A stretch of DNA of 64,000 nt from Caecitellus pseudoparvulus. Taxonomy: Eukaryota; Protista; Bigyra: Bicosoecida. The translations under genes and the position numbers were made by a program. This document shows positions 54,401 through 64,000 of this stretch, in pieces (position 1 is the first letter of the stretch; each line of letters opens with the position of its first letter). Where the stretch lies: the NCBI GenBank assembly GCA_965644315.1, contig CBFFRQ010000069.1, forward strand, positions 868,001-932,000, in the 5' to 3' direction. The notes under the pieces were generated by a model. That model ran no database searches, was not told the origin of the DNA, and was given only the letters and a program-made list of their open reading frames with translations.

Positions 54401-55878
54401 ATGCCATGTGCGCGGCCGCGGAGCTTCCCCTCACCGCAGGAGACATTGCAAGGTTTGGAACGCTCCTGGGTCCGGTTGTGAAGGAGCTGCGAGCCTCTGA
54501 GCTGCTCGTTCCTGCGCCGGAGCGGCGGGCGGGAGTGGATCGGTACACCCACAACGCGCCTGGTAAAGAGCACACGCACCAGCTTTCTCAGGCAGAGGCG
54601 ACTTTGCAGCGCTTGCCTGATGGGCGCACGTCGTGGGCAACGCAACATGCATCCCCACCTCACCAGCCCGCTGAGCGTGAAAGGAGATTTGAAGTGTTGC
54701 GGGAGGCACCCCCCGATGCTGTGTGTGTGCACATTCCAGACACCGCGCCACCGCACCAGCGCCTGTTTAGAGGGCTCTTCTTTGCTCGAGGGGCGGGATA
54801 CCTACTTGTCAATGAGTCAGACGAGCGAGGCGTCGTGTCAATGCTGGGGCAGCCACAGCGTGGCGAAGGATCGAGTCTGCTTCGCTCTGACCAGCCCCCG
54901 ATTGTGAAACGTGCCCGCTCGCGCGCATGGTCCCTGGCACCTTGGGTGGAACTCCCAGCTGCGAAGGTTTCCATGCGCGCCATTGATGATGTGCAGTACA
55001 GCGTCATTGACATAGGCAACGGCGGCAAGGAGGTGGACACTGTGGAAGAGTGGAAGACGTACTTTTGCCTGCATCCTGGCGCCGTGTACCTTCAGCAGGG
55101 GGTGAGCTACAAAGTGGAGCGCCTGGACCTGGTCAAGCGACAAGCGCATGTTCGAGTCGCGAATGTCGCGTACTACACGTCTCCCCGAGAGCACACAGAC
55201 GTCTTTGTACTCGGACGCAAAGCTTCAAACATGCGGGGTAGATCTCACTATGGCCGAGTGTCCATCACGAAGGAGGTGTTCGGCTTCCACAAGATTTGGA
55301 AGAAAGGCGGAGGCATCTTCCAGGACGTCGACATCGCCTTGCCACCGGTGTCGTTTCGCACGTTTGCTGTCTGGTGCGACGTTCCCATGGCTGTCAAGCT
55401 TGTCCTGGACAAGCTTGGACTTGACTATCTCGCTGGCTTGCACGCTGCCAACCACGCTATCGTTGCCGTCCTCCCTCGCTTCGTGCGGAGTGAGCGGTAC
55501 GACTTGGGCACAGAGTGCCCAAGTGCCTTGCAAGACCGTGCCAAGCCCCTGCGGTTCCTCGTGTATGACAAGCGCCCTGGCGGCACAGGAGTGTGCGCCG
55601 CAGCTTTCCCACTCATGCCGAGAATCCTCGCGGCGGCAGTGGAGTTGCTCCTGGACTGCCCATGCATTGAAGGCTGTCCAACCTGCGTGCACGACTTGGC
55701 GTGCTCTCAGTACAACTTTGTTATCGACAAGGCAGCTGCTTTAGTCATTCTGCAAGAGTGCCTGCTCGGGCACGCCACCCTGGCCAAGCTGAATCAGTCT
55801 GCTCCAGACTGCTCGCCGGCGTCAGAGGTCTCTCCTGCACCATCGGACACCCCGGAAGTCACCTCCTTGGAGCTGTAA
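51482..55878 (+). CDS. HRQ1: HRQ1/RECQL4-type DEAH-box helicase with C-terminal DUF1998 zinc domain
   Basis: Motifs LYLHQ, TSTASGKS, FPTKALAQDQ, MDEAHTYSGIFG, SATIGNP, ATNALELGIDIG, QQSGRAGR, HPGAVYL, GLHAANHA and CPCIEGCPTC. First exon from ATG 51482 splices to SFLQKRH. Confidence 0.92.
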
Positions 55879-56329
55879 GATGGGTCAGCTTGAACCAGCT
55901 GGGGGCCTTGCGCTGTGTCGAGGCCACTGCTGTACCCAGCATCAGCAAGGTTCGACGCAACAATAGGGCCAGCAGTGGGCCAGGCTTGCTGCAGGGCTGC
56001 TGCAAGGGCCGCGAGTGACAGCGAGTCTTTCTGCAACTCCTGCTCAATTTTGCTGGAGAGTAATTCAACGAGATGGTCTTGTGCTTGGGCATGCAGAGCG
56101 TTCACAGCCTCCACGGCCTGGACCCTGAGCCCTGCGTTTCGGGCAGGTGCAGCGTTTCAAACGGCCAGGCACGGCAACACCAGGGTACGATCGCGTCGGC
56201 ACCTTCGAGCTGGGAGAAGACTGCTGATTTGACTAAGCCTCTGATTTCCGTCAGTGGGAGCGTACCTTCAACAAGCATGTGCTGAGAGGCGCACGTTGAG
56301 CCACCATGCCCGTCCGAATCCTGCGCCAT
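55794..56329 (-). CDS. Small putative histone-fold protein (NF-YB/Dr1/CHRAC-like pattern)
   Basis: Exon 56329-56203, intron 56202-56132 (GTGCCG...ACGCAG) and exon 56131-55794 give LPLTEIRGLVKSAV...LRVQAVEAVNALHAQAQDHLVELLSS...DSLSLAALAAAL. Confidence 0.45.
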
Positions 56330-56862
56330 TTCCAGCCTGCGCCAAGCCTTTGCCCTCGAAAGCAACAGGCAGCAACCGACTTGCACATGCCTTCCATGCG
56401 GATGCATGGTCAGAATTTCAGCAGGGGAGCATGATTTGCTCACCATGCTCCAATGCGCACCCCCCCGCCCTGCGTTGCTTGTCGAAGAAGCTGCAGGCCA
56501 GGCCTGCAACGCGAAACCCGTCTCTTTATGCCCTAACATTACTAAGTGTACCTTGCATGACTCTGAACAATTGTACACGCTGAAACCAAGGCATTCTCTG
56601 GGAAGGGCACGGTTGCAGCCGCAAGTCACCGTGAGGAGTGTGGGGGGTATTGCAGATCTGCACAGATCAACTACCAGCCCAAAATCGCGCATTGCGGAGT
56701 GAGCAGCAAATCTGCATTCTTACATGGAATGCCCCACTGGTAGCCCAGCATAGCTGACCCTTTGCATGGGTGGCAAGATCGCGGCTGAGCTGCCTGGGTG
56801 CTTCAGGAACCTGGTGCACTTCACCAAGTGCCCCCTCAAGTGAGCAACTGTAGGAAGCACCC

Positions 56863-57534
56863 ATGGAGGATGGCAGCTTCTGGGTGGGCGTCTTTATTGG
56901 GGTTGGTATCATTGTGCTGATATTTGGTCTACTGTGTGTCGGGTGTGGGTGGTTTAAGCTGCTGCCGGGCCGCGGAAGCAGACGCAGGAGCATGTCTGGT
57001 CCAGCCCGCCTTCGGTCCACATCGCTGAGCATGCACTGGACGGCAAGCCCCCTTGGCCAGCCATTCAAGCGCCGCACATTGTCATCGGGCAAACTTCCCT
57101 CAGGGAACACCCTTAGCTCCCCCGCACGAGCAGTCTTCAACCGCGAAAGAGGAGCGTCTGTCACCCGCAGGTCACACCAACCACTTCGAAGGGCATCAGC
57201 CGCCGTCGAGGTCAGGGACAAGGAAGGGCACATTTTAGACACTGGCAAGAAGTCTCGGGTTCTGCCGGGCAGCCCAATAGAAGAGCTACGCGCACCCCAT
57301 GCTCTGGAGGAGCGAAGCCGGATCCTTGCAGCGCATGCCTCCAAGCTCCGCTCCGCTCAGCGGCAGGCCCACTCTGCCTCCAGGGCATCCATCACCTCAG
57401 TCACGAGAAAGGTTGCTGCTCCGCAACGCAGGCAGCGATCCGAAGCGCCCGAGCCTCCTGAGGCCTCTGCAGGCGGCAGACCCACCACCGAGGCTCGAGC
57501 AGCTGCCAGGCAGCGCGGGTCCATCTTTGACTGA
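56863..57534 (+). CDS. Single-pass membrane protein with a basic, disordered cytoplasmic tail
   Basis: 223-aa ATG ORF. N-terminal TM FWVGVFIGVGIIVLIFGLLCVGC followed by an Arg/Ser-rich tail. Confidence 0.6.
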   Translation: MEDGSFWVGVFIGVGIIVLIFGLLCVGCGWFKLLPGRGSRRRSMSGPARLRSTSLSMHWTASPLGQPFKRRTLSSGKLPSGNTLSSPARAVFNRERGASVTRRSHQPLRRASAAVEVRDKEGHILDTGKKSRVLPGSPIEELRAPHALEERSRILAAHASKLRSAQRQAHSASRASITSVTRKVAAPQRRQRSEAPEPPEASAGGRPTTEARAAARQRGSIFD

Positions 57535-57575
57535 GCTGTGTTTACGACAGGTGGAAGTGTATTGACAATGCTTGC

Positions 57576-59804
57576 TCACTGCTGGCCAAAGTGTCCATAG
57601 ACAGCAGATGGAGTTGGCTGCCTCTGCCCTGTGCCAGGTTTAGAAACACCGTGGGGCGAATCCTCAGCAGCAGGAGCTGGGCTGCCCAGCCCTGAGGGGC
57701 GGAAGCCTGGGCTTCCCATTGGGTTCCCTGCTGCATCCCGATACGGTGAAGCGGCAGCGGCGGTGGCCGCGCCTGGGACAGTCGGCGCTGTGGGTGGCGG
57801 GCCTTGCCCCTGCCGTTTGAACCTCATCACGAACAAGTCTCCAGTGGTCTGGATGCTGGCGTTCACAATGCGCACCCAGTTTTGCGACACAGCTTCAGCG
57901 TCTTCCGGAGGGGTCTGGGGCGGCAACACAGGGTCAAGGTAGTACGTGCGTCTGCGTGGGTGCGTAATTTGGAAGCAGTAGGGGTTCTTGGCCACAACTT
58001 GAGCGTTGGTCACCATGCGTGCGTCACAGCCAATGAGTGGTACCGTCGCTTTGGCCTCTGTAGAAGGGTCTTCGTCGGTGTAATAATGCAGCATGGCTGT
58101 TTGAATGCGTTCGTCCAGGGAAAAGCCGTACGGGTTGTCTGCGTGGATGGGCACCACCTGTGTGTGCACCACCACTCGAAAGTACCTTCGCTTCCAGCCT
58201 TTGAACCACTCGCCACTTTCGGGTCGCTTGCGCAGCCAGCCCTTCTGCACACAGCGGCGCAGCTGCTTCCCAGCTGTCAGCTCCAGCTCCCCAGTGCCTT
58301 GTGGCACCTTCACCACCATCTCTCCGCCGTGCCCGACGAGGGCATAGGGTTGGCGGTGTGACGACGAGGAGTACCCTTGCCGTGCGCCAGCTTGTCCCTC
58401 CAAAATTGTGTTCATGGGGAAGTTGAAAGTCTTTGGTTCTGGAAGGGGCTCCGCCAGTGGCTTCGGGACTTCGCGCGCGCGTGGTGGCAGCCCGGCATCC
58501 GTGGGGTATGCACTCGGCACTTCCCCTTCAGGTTCCATGTGCGCCGGGACATGTGCGTGTGTGGGAGCGGTATCCTCAGACTCCTTGCCGCCTATGTGGT
58601 CGTCCCGACCCGTCTGTCGTGGCTGTTTGGAAGCCCGTGCGGGCTCTGCCACCCTGCTGCCCATGGCATCCCGCAAGGCGTCGCGGCCAGACCCTGGCGA
58701 GGAGGCGACGACTTCAGGAGCTTGCTGTGCCCTGCCGCCAGACTGCAGAACCCGAGGGTGCTCGCCTAAGACCTCCACACTATCTTCAAAGTCCTCCTCT
58801 GCAAAGGTCTGCGAGTCCCGCTCCGCTGCACCCGGGTGGCGCGCCGGCAGCCGCGTCGCAGTCTGAAAGGAGTCTCCCCACCGCTCCCCAGTGCTGGGCT
58901 GGTCAGCCGACGAATGCCCGGCTCCGGCCCAGGTCATGCCCCGCACAGAAGCAGGCGTCAGAGGCTGGCCGCGGCCTGCTCGACTGCTGGGCAAGATGCC
59001 GTCGCCATCCATGAGCATGGCTCGGAAGGCTGGGTTGGATGCCCCCACAGACGGCCCGCCACCGGAAGACGCCACTTCCATGAACACGCTGTCTTCTGAG
59101 TCACTGGCGAATTCTTCTTCGCGCGCGCGCTCAGAAGCTGCCGCGCTGCTTGGGCGTCGCTGGAAGCCCTCCAAGGAAGGGACGGGTGAGCCTTCCCCCG
59201 TCTCGGCGGAGGGCAACTGCGTCACTCCCTCGCCAAGCATGGGGCGCACGCCACGGGCCTGCCGCTGCGCAGGCACGTGCACCTCATCGCCAGCGGCATC
59301 GCTGGTCTTGCCTTCCTGGGCCTCCTTGCCGTCCTCCACGCCGGTCGCCGACGCAAGGGCTGCCCTGGGCTCCGCAGGTGGCGCGCCGGATGAGCCACCA
59401 GCCGGGCCCCCCGACTCCTTGCCTTCGGGGCGGTCCCACTCGTGCAAGTCGTCTGAAGCCTCGCCTGACGCAACGCCGGGGCTGGTGGGCAACGGCTCCC
59501 CGGCGTCCTTGCCTTCACTTGCTGGGTGAGGCCTGGTGGGGGGCGGGCGGGATACGCCGGGTGAAGGGTGTGGCCGGCCGTGCCCCAGCTTCTGCTGCAG
59601 CAAGGCGCGACCCTTCGAGCCACTCGCTTGGGCCAGCATGGCACGAGCTCGACTCCCGCCGGCACCGGAGCTGCGAGCGGCACTGGGCGCCGCACCGCCC
59701 GGAGGAGCCCGCCGAGGAGGCGGAGCTCCCCCAGGCGGCGCGCGGCCGCCCGGCGTGGGGCGTCCGCCAGGAGAGGGCCGGGCGCCAGGCGGCATGCTTG
59801 ACAT
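57576..59804 (-). CDS. PH-domain protein with a long Pro/Gly-rich disordered N-terminus
   Basis: PH signature QKGWLRKR...FKGWKRRYF...LHYY...YCFQITHPRRRTYYL...QNWVRIV. Confidence 0.82.
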   Translation of the reverse strand: MSSMPPGARPSPGGRPTPGGRAPPGGAPPPRRAPPGGAAPSAARSSGAGGSRARAMLAQASGSKGRALLQQKLGHGRPHPSPGVSRPPPTRPHPASEGKDAGEPLPTSPGVASGEASDDLHEWDRPEGKESGGPAGGSSGAPPAEPRAALASATGVEDGKEAQEGKTSDAAGDEVHVPAQRQARGVRPMLGEGVTQLPSAETGEGSPVPSLEGFQRRPSSAAASERAREEEFASDSEDSVFMEVASSGGGPSVGASNPAFRAMLMDGDGILPSSRAGRGQPLTPASVRGMTWAGAGHSSADQPSTGERWGDSFQTATRLPARHPGAAERDSQTFAEEDFEDSVEVLGEHPRVLQSGGRAQQAPEVVASSPGSGRDALRDAMGSRVAEPARASKQPRQTGRDDHIGGKESEDTAPTHAHVPAHMEPEGEVPSAYPTDAGLPPRAREVPKPLAEPLPEPKTFNFPMNTILEGQAGARQGYSSSSHRQPYALVGHGGEMVVKVPQGTGELELTAGKQLRRCVQKGWLRKRPESGEWFKGWKRRYFRVVVHTQVVPIHADNPYGFSLDERIQTAMLHYYTDEDPSTEAKATVPLIGCDARMVTNAQVVAKNPYCFQITHPRRRTYYLDPVLPPQTPPEDAEAVSQNWVRIVNASIQTTGDLFVMRFKRQGQGPPPTAPTVPGAATAAAASPYRDAAGNPMGSPGFRPSGLGSPAPAAEDSPHGVSKPGTGQRQPTPSAVYGHFGQQ

Positions 59805-60559
59805 GGTGCTTTTGTAACTGGGTGATCAGTGAAAGTCTGCGAGGTAAGCGAGAGTGAAGAGTGCTGGCGCATGGGAGCAGAAACTGAACGTGGGGGGGGC
59901 GGTAGAAGGCACACCACTGCCCATGGCGCTGATGCTTGCGACCGCAAGTGAGCCGGAAATGGGGCCAGGGGCATGCATATCAGTGCCATGAACTTGTCCA
60001 GCTCCTTGTCATTCGAGGCTCAAACGCAGTGCATGCTTGGTGACGCTGCGGCGGCAGTGTCCAGGGAACATCGCTCTGCGACGCACGGCACTCACTAACT
60101 GCCGCCCGTCCAATGAAGAGCACGGGCCGGGAACAAGCAAGGATAAAGGGGTGAGAGTGGAGTCAGGCTTTCCAGCCGACCGACTCAGCGCCCAAGGATG
60201 CGCAAGAGCTGCGGTCGAGGAGCAGGTTCGCACTCCTGGCGTGGAGGCGAAACGCAAGCCCAGCCTGTCGCGACAGGGGACTCCACCGACAACTGCCAAG
60301 ACGCCCACGCGAGATGGGTCGTGAGGTCCGCGGTCTCCGTCAGACGTAGAGGATTTTTTAGATACCTTCCCTTCGTCACATACTGTGCCGAACGACAGAC
60401 AGCGCAATCTGCCCTTCCACAATACAAAGCCCGCTGATTGACATTCCGACACAGTGCACGCACAATCTGCTCCCAGACGAATATCTGCATCCCCCACAGA
60501 GAACACACATACGCTTTCTTCTTTTTTGGAACGACACGCGCCCCAGGGTGCCTTGCAGC

Positions 60560-61535
60560 ATGAGCAGTTCGCCAGACGCTGAAGACGGGGAGGCACCCAG
60601 CACACCTAAACGCCGGAGGAAGTTGGTCAGTTCACTGCTGGACACGCCCCCCAGTCGAAGGCACGGTGGAGGTCAACATCTGGTCGTCTCTGCTGTGCGT
60701 GACGCGCGCTGATTGCGCTGCGCGTTTCGCTGTGCGCCCCTTCACCACGCCGCCGGCTGCCATCAGCAGGCACGCAGCACACGGAGCCCGGCACCCCTGC
60801 ACACCTGCCTTGCAAGCCTGAGAAGGTTGAAAGCAGATCAGAGTGCACTGCGCCTGGTGAGAACGTTGCAGCCCTTTCACGCCGGCCACACCCTGAACCT
60901 GGTCTGTCCCCGCTGCGTTGCAGGCGGCGGAAGCAGCGCAGGCAGAGACTGCGGCCGAGCTGGGACGCCTGCAAACAGCCCTCGCCCGCGCAGTCATTAA
61001 CGTGAACCAACAGCAAAGTCTACAGCTGGCTCTTTGCGCCAGCCGCTGTGAAGAAGCAACACGTGCCCAGACTTACACACGCGCACGGGCGAAGGCTGCA
61101 TGCCATGACGCTGCCACTCTTCGATCGGACCTGCTGCAGTTGAAGGAGGAAGCCGTGAGTGGCATGGAGCGCATGCGGCGTCACGCTCAAAAGGCTGTGT
61201 CCTGGGTTGCTGAGCAAGCCTCCGTTCAAAGCGGCAAGTTCCGATGCATTGCGCGTGGAAACCAGGAGCAGCTGCAGCAAGTGACTGACGAACTCAGGGA
61301 GGCTCAAGAGGAGCTGAAGGCATCCCAATCGAAGCACGAGCAAGCAAAGCTGCAAACCCAACTACTGCAAGTCTCACTGCAGCATGCCACATTGGTGTCC
61401 CAAGCAGTGGACCACGCTGCAGCCCTGCACGCTTCGGCATTGCAAGATGAACTCGCCCGCCGATCCACTCGCATTTCCTCGCTGTTGGGGGTGCTGAGGA
61501 GCGACACACAAGCCCCTTCCACTGCGCAGTCGTGA
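60560..61535 (+). CDS. Hypothetical coiled-coil protein (3 exons)
   Basis: cagcATG start (MSSSPDAEDGEAPSTPKRRRK). Two phase-0 introns (GTGCGT and GTGAGA donors) join to the heptad-rich ORF 60918-61535. Confidence 0.55.
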
Positions 61536-61556
61536 TGGCTTGCTGCTTGCTGCTGC

Positions 61557-62779
61557 TCAATCCACGCTTGGTGCTGCACGCTTGGCAGGAGCGCTGGGCG
61601 CTGCTTGTGACGGTGACCGCTGCCGCTTGCCGCCTCCAGCAGCCACAATGCGCTTGAAGAAGACTTTCCTCCCACTGTGGCTCACTTCGATGCCTTCGGC
61701 TGCTGGCCCACCCAGGACAGACCCCCAAAGAACGGAGCAACTGTATACAAGAGCGGCGTGTGTGTGTCGGATGCCGTGAGGCCGCACACCTTATGCTTCT
61801 TCGCGTGGCACGTACACGTCATCGGCATCCCCCAGCAGCTCTACATCAAAGGCGTCCACTTCCTTCTTGTGTACTTGGTCAAGGGACTCTCGGTTCACCA
61901 AGACTGCAGGCGTGTGGGCAGGGAAGCGCTGCAGCAGGGTGGACACGGGCGCGACGCTCATGGAGGAGCCCATCACCAGCACACAGTCGGCCTTCCCAGT
62001 GTCTTCGTGGAGGCAGGTGTGGAAGCGCTGTGGCAGAGACTCGTAGAAAAACACGATGTTTGGCTTGATAGCCCCGCCCTTGCACTTGCGACACCTCGCC
62101 ACGTCCCCGGCCGCTGCGGCACGCTTGACCCGTGACATGGCAGCGCTGGCGCCGCAGGCGACGCAGGACGCCTTGTCGAGGCTTCCATGGCATTGCACAA
62201 TTGCTTTGGCTGGAACCCCCGCCCGAGCCTCCAAGGAGTCGATGTTCTGTGTGTACACCCTCTGCAGCTTGCCGGCCTTTGCGAGCTGGGCGACAAAGCG
62301 GTGTGCGAGGGACGGCTCGGCTGCTTCAAAAGCCTGCAGCAAAGGTGACACCAGGGAATAGAACAGCTCAGGCTCCTCTTTGAAAACCCGCACGTCAAAC
62401 CTGAGGGTGGGGTGGCAGTGAAGGTCGGCCGGGTGCACGCGTGCTGGCAAAGTGCAGGCGGCTGCACGTACAGTTCCTGTGGTTCCGAGAGCTGTGTGCC
62501 GCCGAACTCTCCCGCAGCAATCTTAGCATACAGCCCAGAATTTGGACTTCGAAAGTCTGGGATTCCGCTGGACACTGACACGCCTGCTCCGAGAATGACG
62601 ACCACTTTGCTGGCAGCTTGCAGCGCCTTCACCACGCACGCCAGAGAATGCACTGCTGGCTGAGGCTGCCGCGAGGAGTGGGCAACACGACGCTTGAGGG
62701 ACAAATCTGCATCTAACACTTTCTGGGCGGCAGAGGCTATGCTGCTGCCGGCAGCCACCCTCCCATGCGCTGCAGCCAT
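61557..62779 (-). CDS. SIR2: Class I sirtuin, NAD-dependent deacetylase (SIR2/SIRT1-like)
   Basis: Motifs GAGVSVSSGIPDFRS, YTQNIDSLE, QCHGS, CVAC/CRKC zinc ligands, KPNIVFF and GSSMSVAP. Two introns; last exon ends at TGA 61557. Confidence 0.92.
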
Positions 62780-62801
62780 GGCTTGGGTTGGCGGCGAAGG
62801 C

Positions 62802-62811
62802 GCGGAAATTG
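62802..62811 (-). promoter_or_regulatory. Candidate core promoter element CAATTTCCGC upstream of SIR2
   Basis: Exact 10-mer ending 22 nt before ATG 62779, the same spacing as at HRQ1. Confidence 0.45.
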
Positions 62812-62952
62812 AACGCCGCACTCCCTACAAATTCGCCCCGCAGGCCACCATCACAAAATTTCAGTTCATGGGAGAGCATGCATGCTGTACCTGCCACAAA
62901 GGGTGTTCTAAGTATGGAAATATATTGAAGGAGAATTCATTCGGCGCTGCAG

Positions 62953-64000
62953 TCACAAACTCAGAAGGCGCTTGAGCCACGGCTTATACTCCACAAACAT
63001 GTGCTCGTATGACCAGAATCCTTCCCTGGCAGCGTGCTCGTCAGAGTCCTCCGATGACGCTTCCCGGCGCTGGCTGCCTTGCTTGCGTTCAGGAGGGCCT
63101 CCTCCTGTGCTGCCCTGCCGTGCGCGGCCTCGCACAGGCGATGCACTGCGGTGCCTCGCCGCGCCAGCGGCCGTTGCCGCTGCACTGGCATGGGAGCTGC
63201 TTCGGGAATGGGCAGAGGATGCCGACGCGGCGGCAGCAAGGGCAGGAGCAGTGGCAGGCGCGGCAGGCATGTCGGGGCCGGCCGCCGCCACCATGGGCAC
63301 AAACAAACCCTCCGCCTCCACGCGCTCCCAGCCGCCCAGGCCGTCGATGAGCATTTCCTCCAAGTCATCGTCCGTGACTTCAGGGGGCAACATGCTGCGC
63401 AGCGTGGTGCGGAAGTAAGGCACGGGGATGGACCCTGACTTGTCAGGGTCGAATAGCTCGAAGGCTCCAATCATCTCGGATTCTGTGTGCTTGTGAGTGG
63501 CCTGCACACGCGACGCTTGGTGGGCGTGCCGCACACCCGCAACCTGCACTGCGCCCACACGCACCCGAATGGCCAGGACACTGATCAATTCCTCCAAGTC
63601 CAGCTGGCCGTTTCCATCAGCGTCTGTCAGCGCGATGAGTCTGCGCACGAAGGGTTGGCCTGCAGTGCGGAGCCAGCAGTCTTCGCACAGCCTGCCGCCT
63701 CCCTCACTGCTTCGTTTCCAGGGGCGTGATGTGGTCCCCCAAGTGGCGGAGCAGCGGTGCCAGCTTCTTTGCAGGCAACAACTTGATGTCTTCATCCGCG
63801 AACTCCAGGAACTGTGTTTCCAAGTACTCCATCTGGGCAGGGACCGCGCAAGGCGTGATGCAAGCGTTTCGCGTTGCGTCGCAGTCGACCGCACCTGCAC
63901 CGGCGTAAGCATGTCCAGCAGCTCACGATGCCGCGCAACCAAGTTCTTAGCAGCAAGAGACCGATTCCTGCTCCCCAGCTGGCGGGCCCTGCGGGCTCGG
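62953..64000 (-). CDS. Calmodulin/centrin-like EF-hand protein, 5'-truncated
   Basis: EF loops DADGNGQLDLEE and DPDKSGSI. CaM-like linkers EMIGAFELFD and VTDDDLEEM. Three short introns restore the frame. Confidence 0.75.
   Translation of the reverse strand, partial: RARRARQLGSRNRSLAAKNLVARHRELLDMLTPVQVRSTATQRETLASRLARSLPRWSTWKHSSWSSRMKTSSCCLQRSWHRCSATWGTTSRPWKRSSEGGGRLCEDCWLRTAGQPFVRRLIALTDADGNGQLDLEELISVLAIRVRVGAVQVAGVRHAHQASRVQATHKHTESEMIGAFELFDPDKSGSIPVPYFRTTLRSMLPPEVTDDDLEEMLIDGLGGWERVEAEGLFVPMVAAAGPDMPAAPATAPALAAAASASSAHSRSSSHASAAATAAGAARHRSASPVRGRARQGSTGGGPPERKQGSQRREASSEDSDEHAAREGFWSYEHMFVEYKPWLKRLLSL

Noticed and set aside
56394-56451. Two small hairpins (CCATGC/GCATGG and GGAGCATG/CATGCTCC) in a divergent intergenic region
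   Set aside because: Stems of 6-8 bp are expected by chance, and there are no ncRNA, terminal-inverted-repeat or target-site-duplication hallmarks.
59805-60559. Relatively long intergenic region with short ORFs (60009-60605 -, 60037-60324 +)
   Set aside because: No convincing start, splice pattern, tRNA or domain; treated as a divergent promoter/UTR region.
51482-62779. DUF1998 helicase plus SIR2 as a prokaryotic defence island (DISARM/Thoeris-like)
   Set aside because: Both genes contain introns and are eukaryotic housekeeping types (HRQ1, class I sirtuin), separated by unrelated genes.

Overview
Gene-dense, GC-rich eukaryotic DNA with short GT-AG introns (about 60-140 nt, donors often GTGCG/GTGAG) and very short or negative intergenic distances. 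It most likely comes from a flagellated protist, probably a stramenopile (inferred from the 9-TM cadherin, CEP135 and a MAK-type kinase). About 20 genes can be supported. These include a 5'-truncated giant cadherin/IPT-TIG/9-TM/C2 receptor, complex I subunit NUUM, a C2-IQ protein with four dynein-MTBD-like repeats, an AP2-like + SET methyltransferase, a MAK/ICK kinase, an EarP-like GT-B protein, RabGGTase alpha, a PH-FERM-WW protein, CEP135/BLD10, a GT47-GT34 fusion, HRQ1 helicase, a histone-fold protein, a PH protein, a class I sirtuin and a calmodulin-like protein. No rRNA, tRNA, CRISPR array or mobile element was seen. The most notable observations are a motor-less protein with tandem dynein-stalk-head-like repeats, two pairs of convergently overlapping CDSs, a spliced microprotein missed by the ORF track, and a recurrent CAATTTCCGC promoter motif. 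All family calls are from motif recognition by eye, with no database searches.
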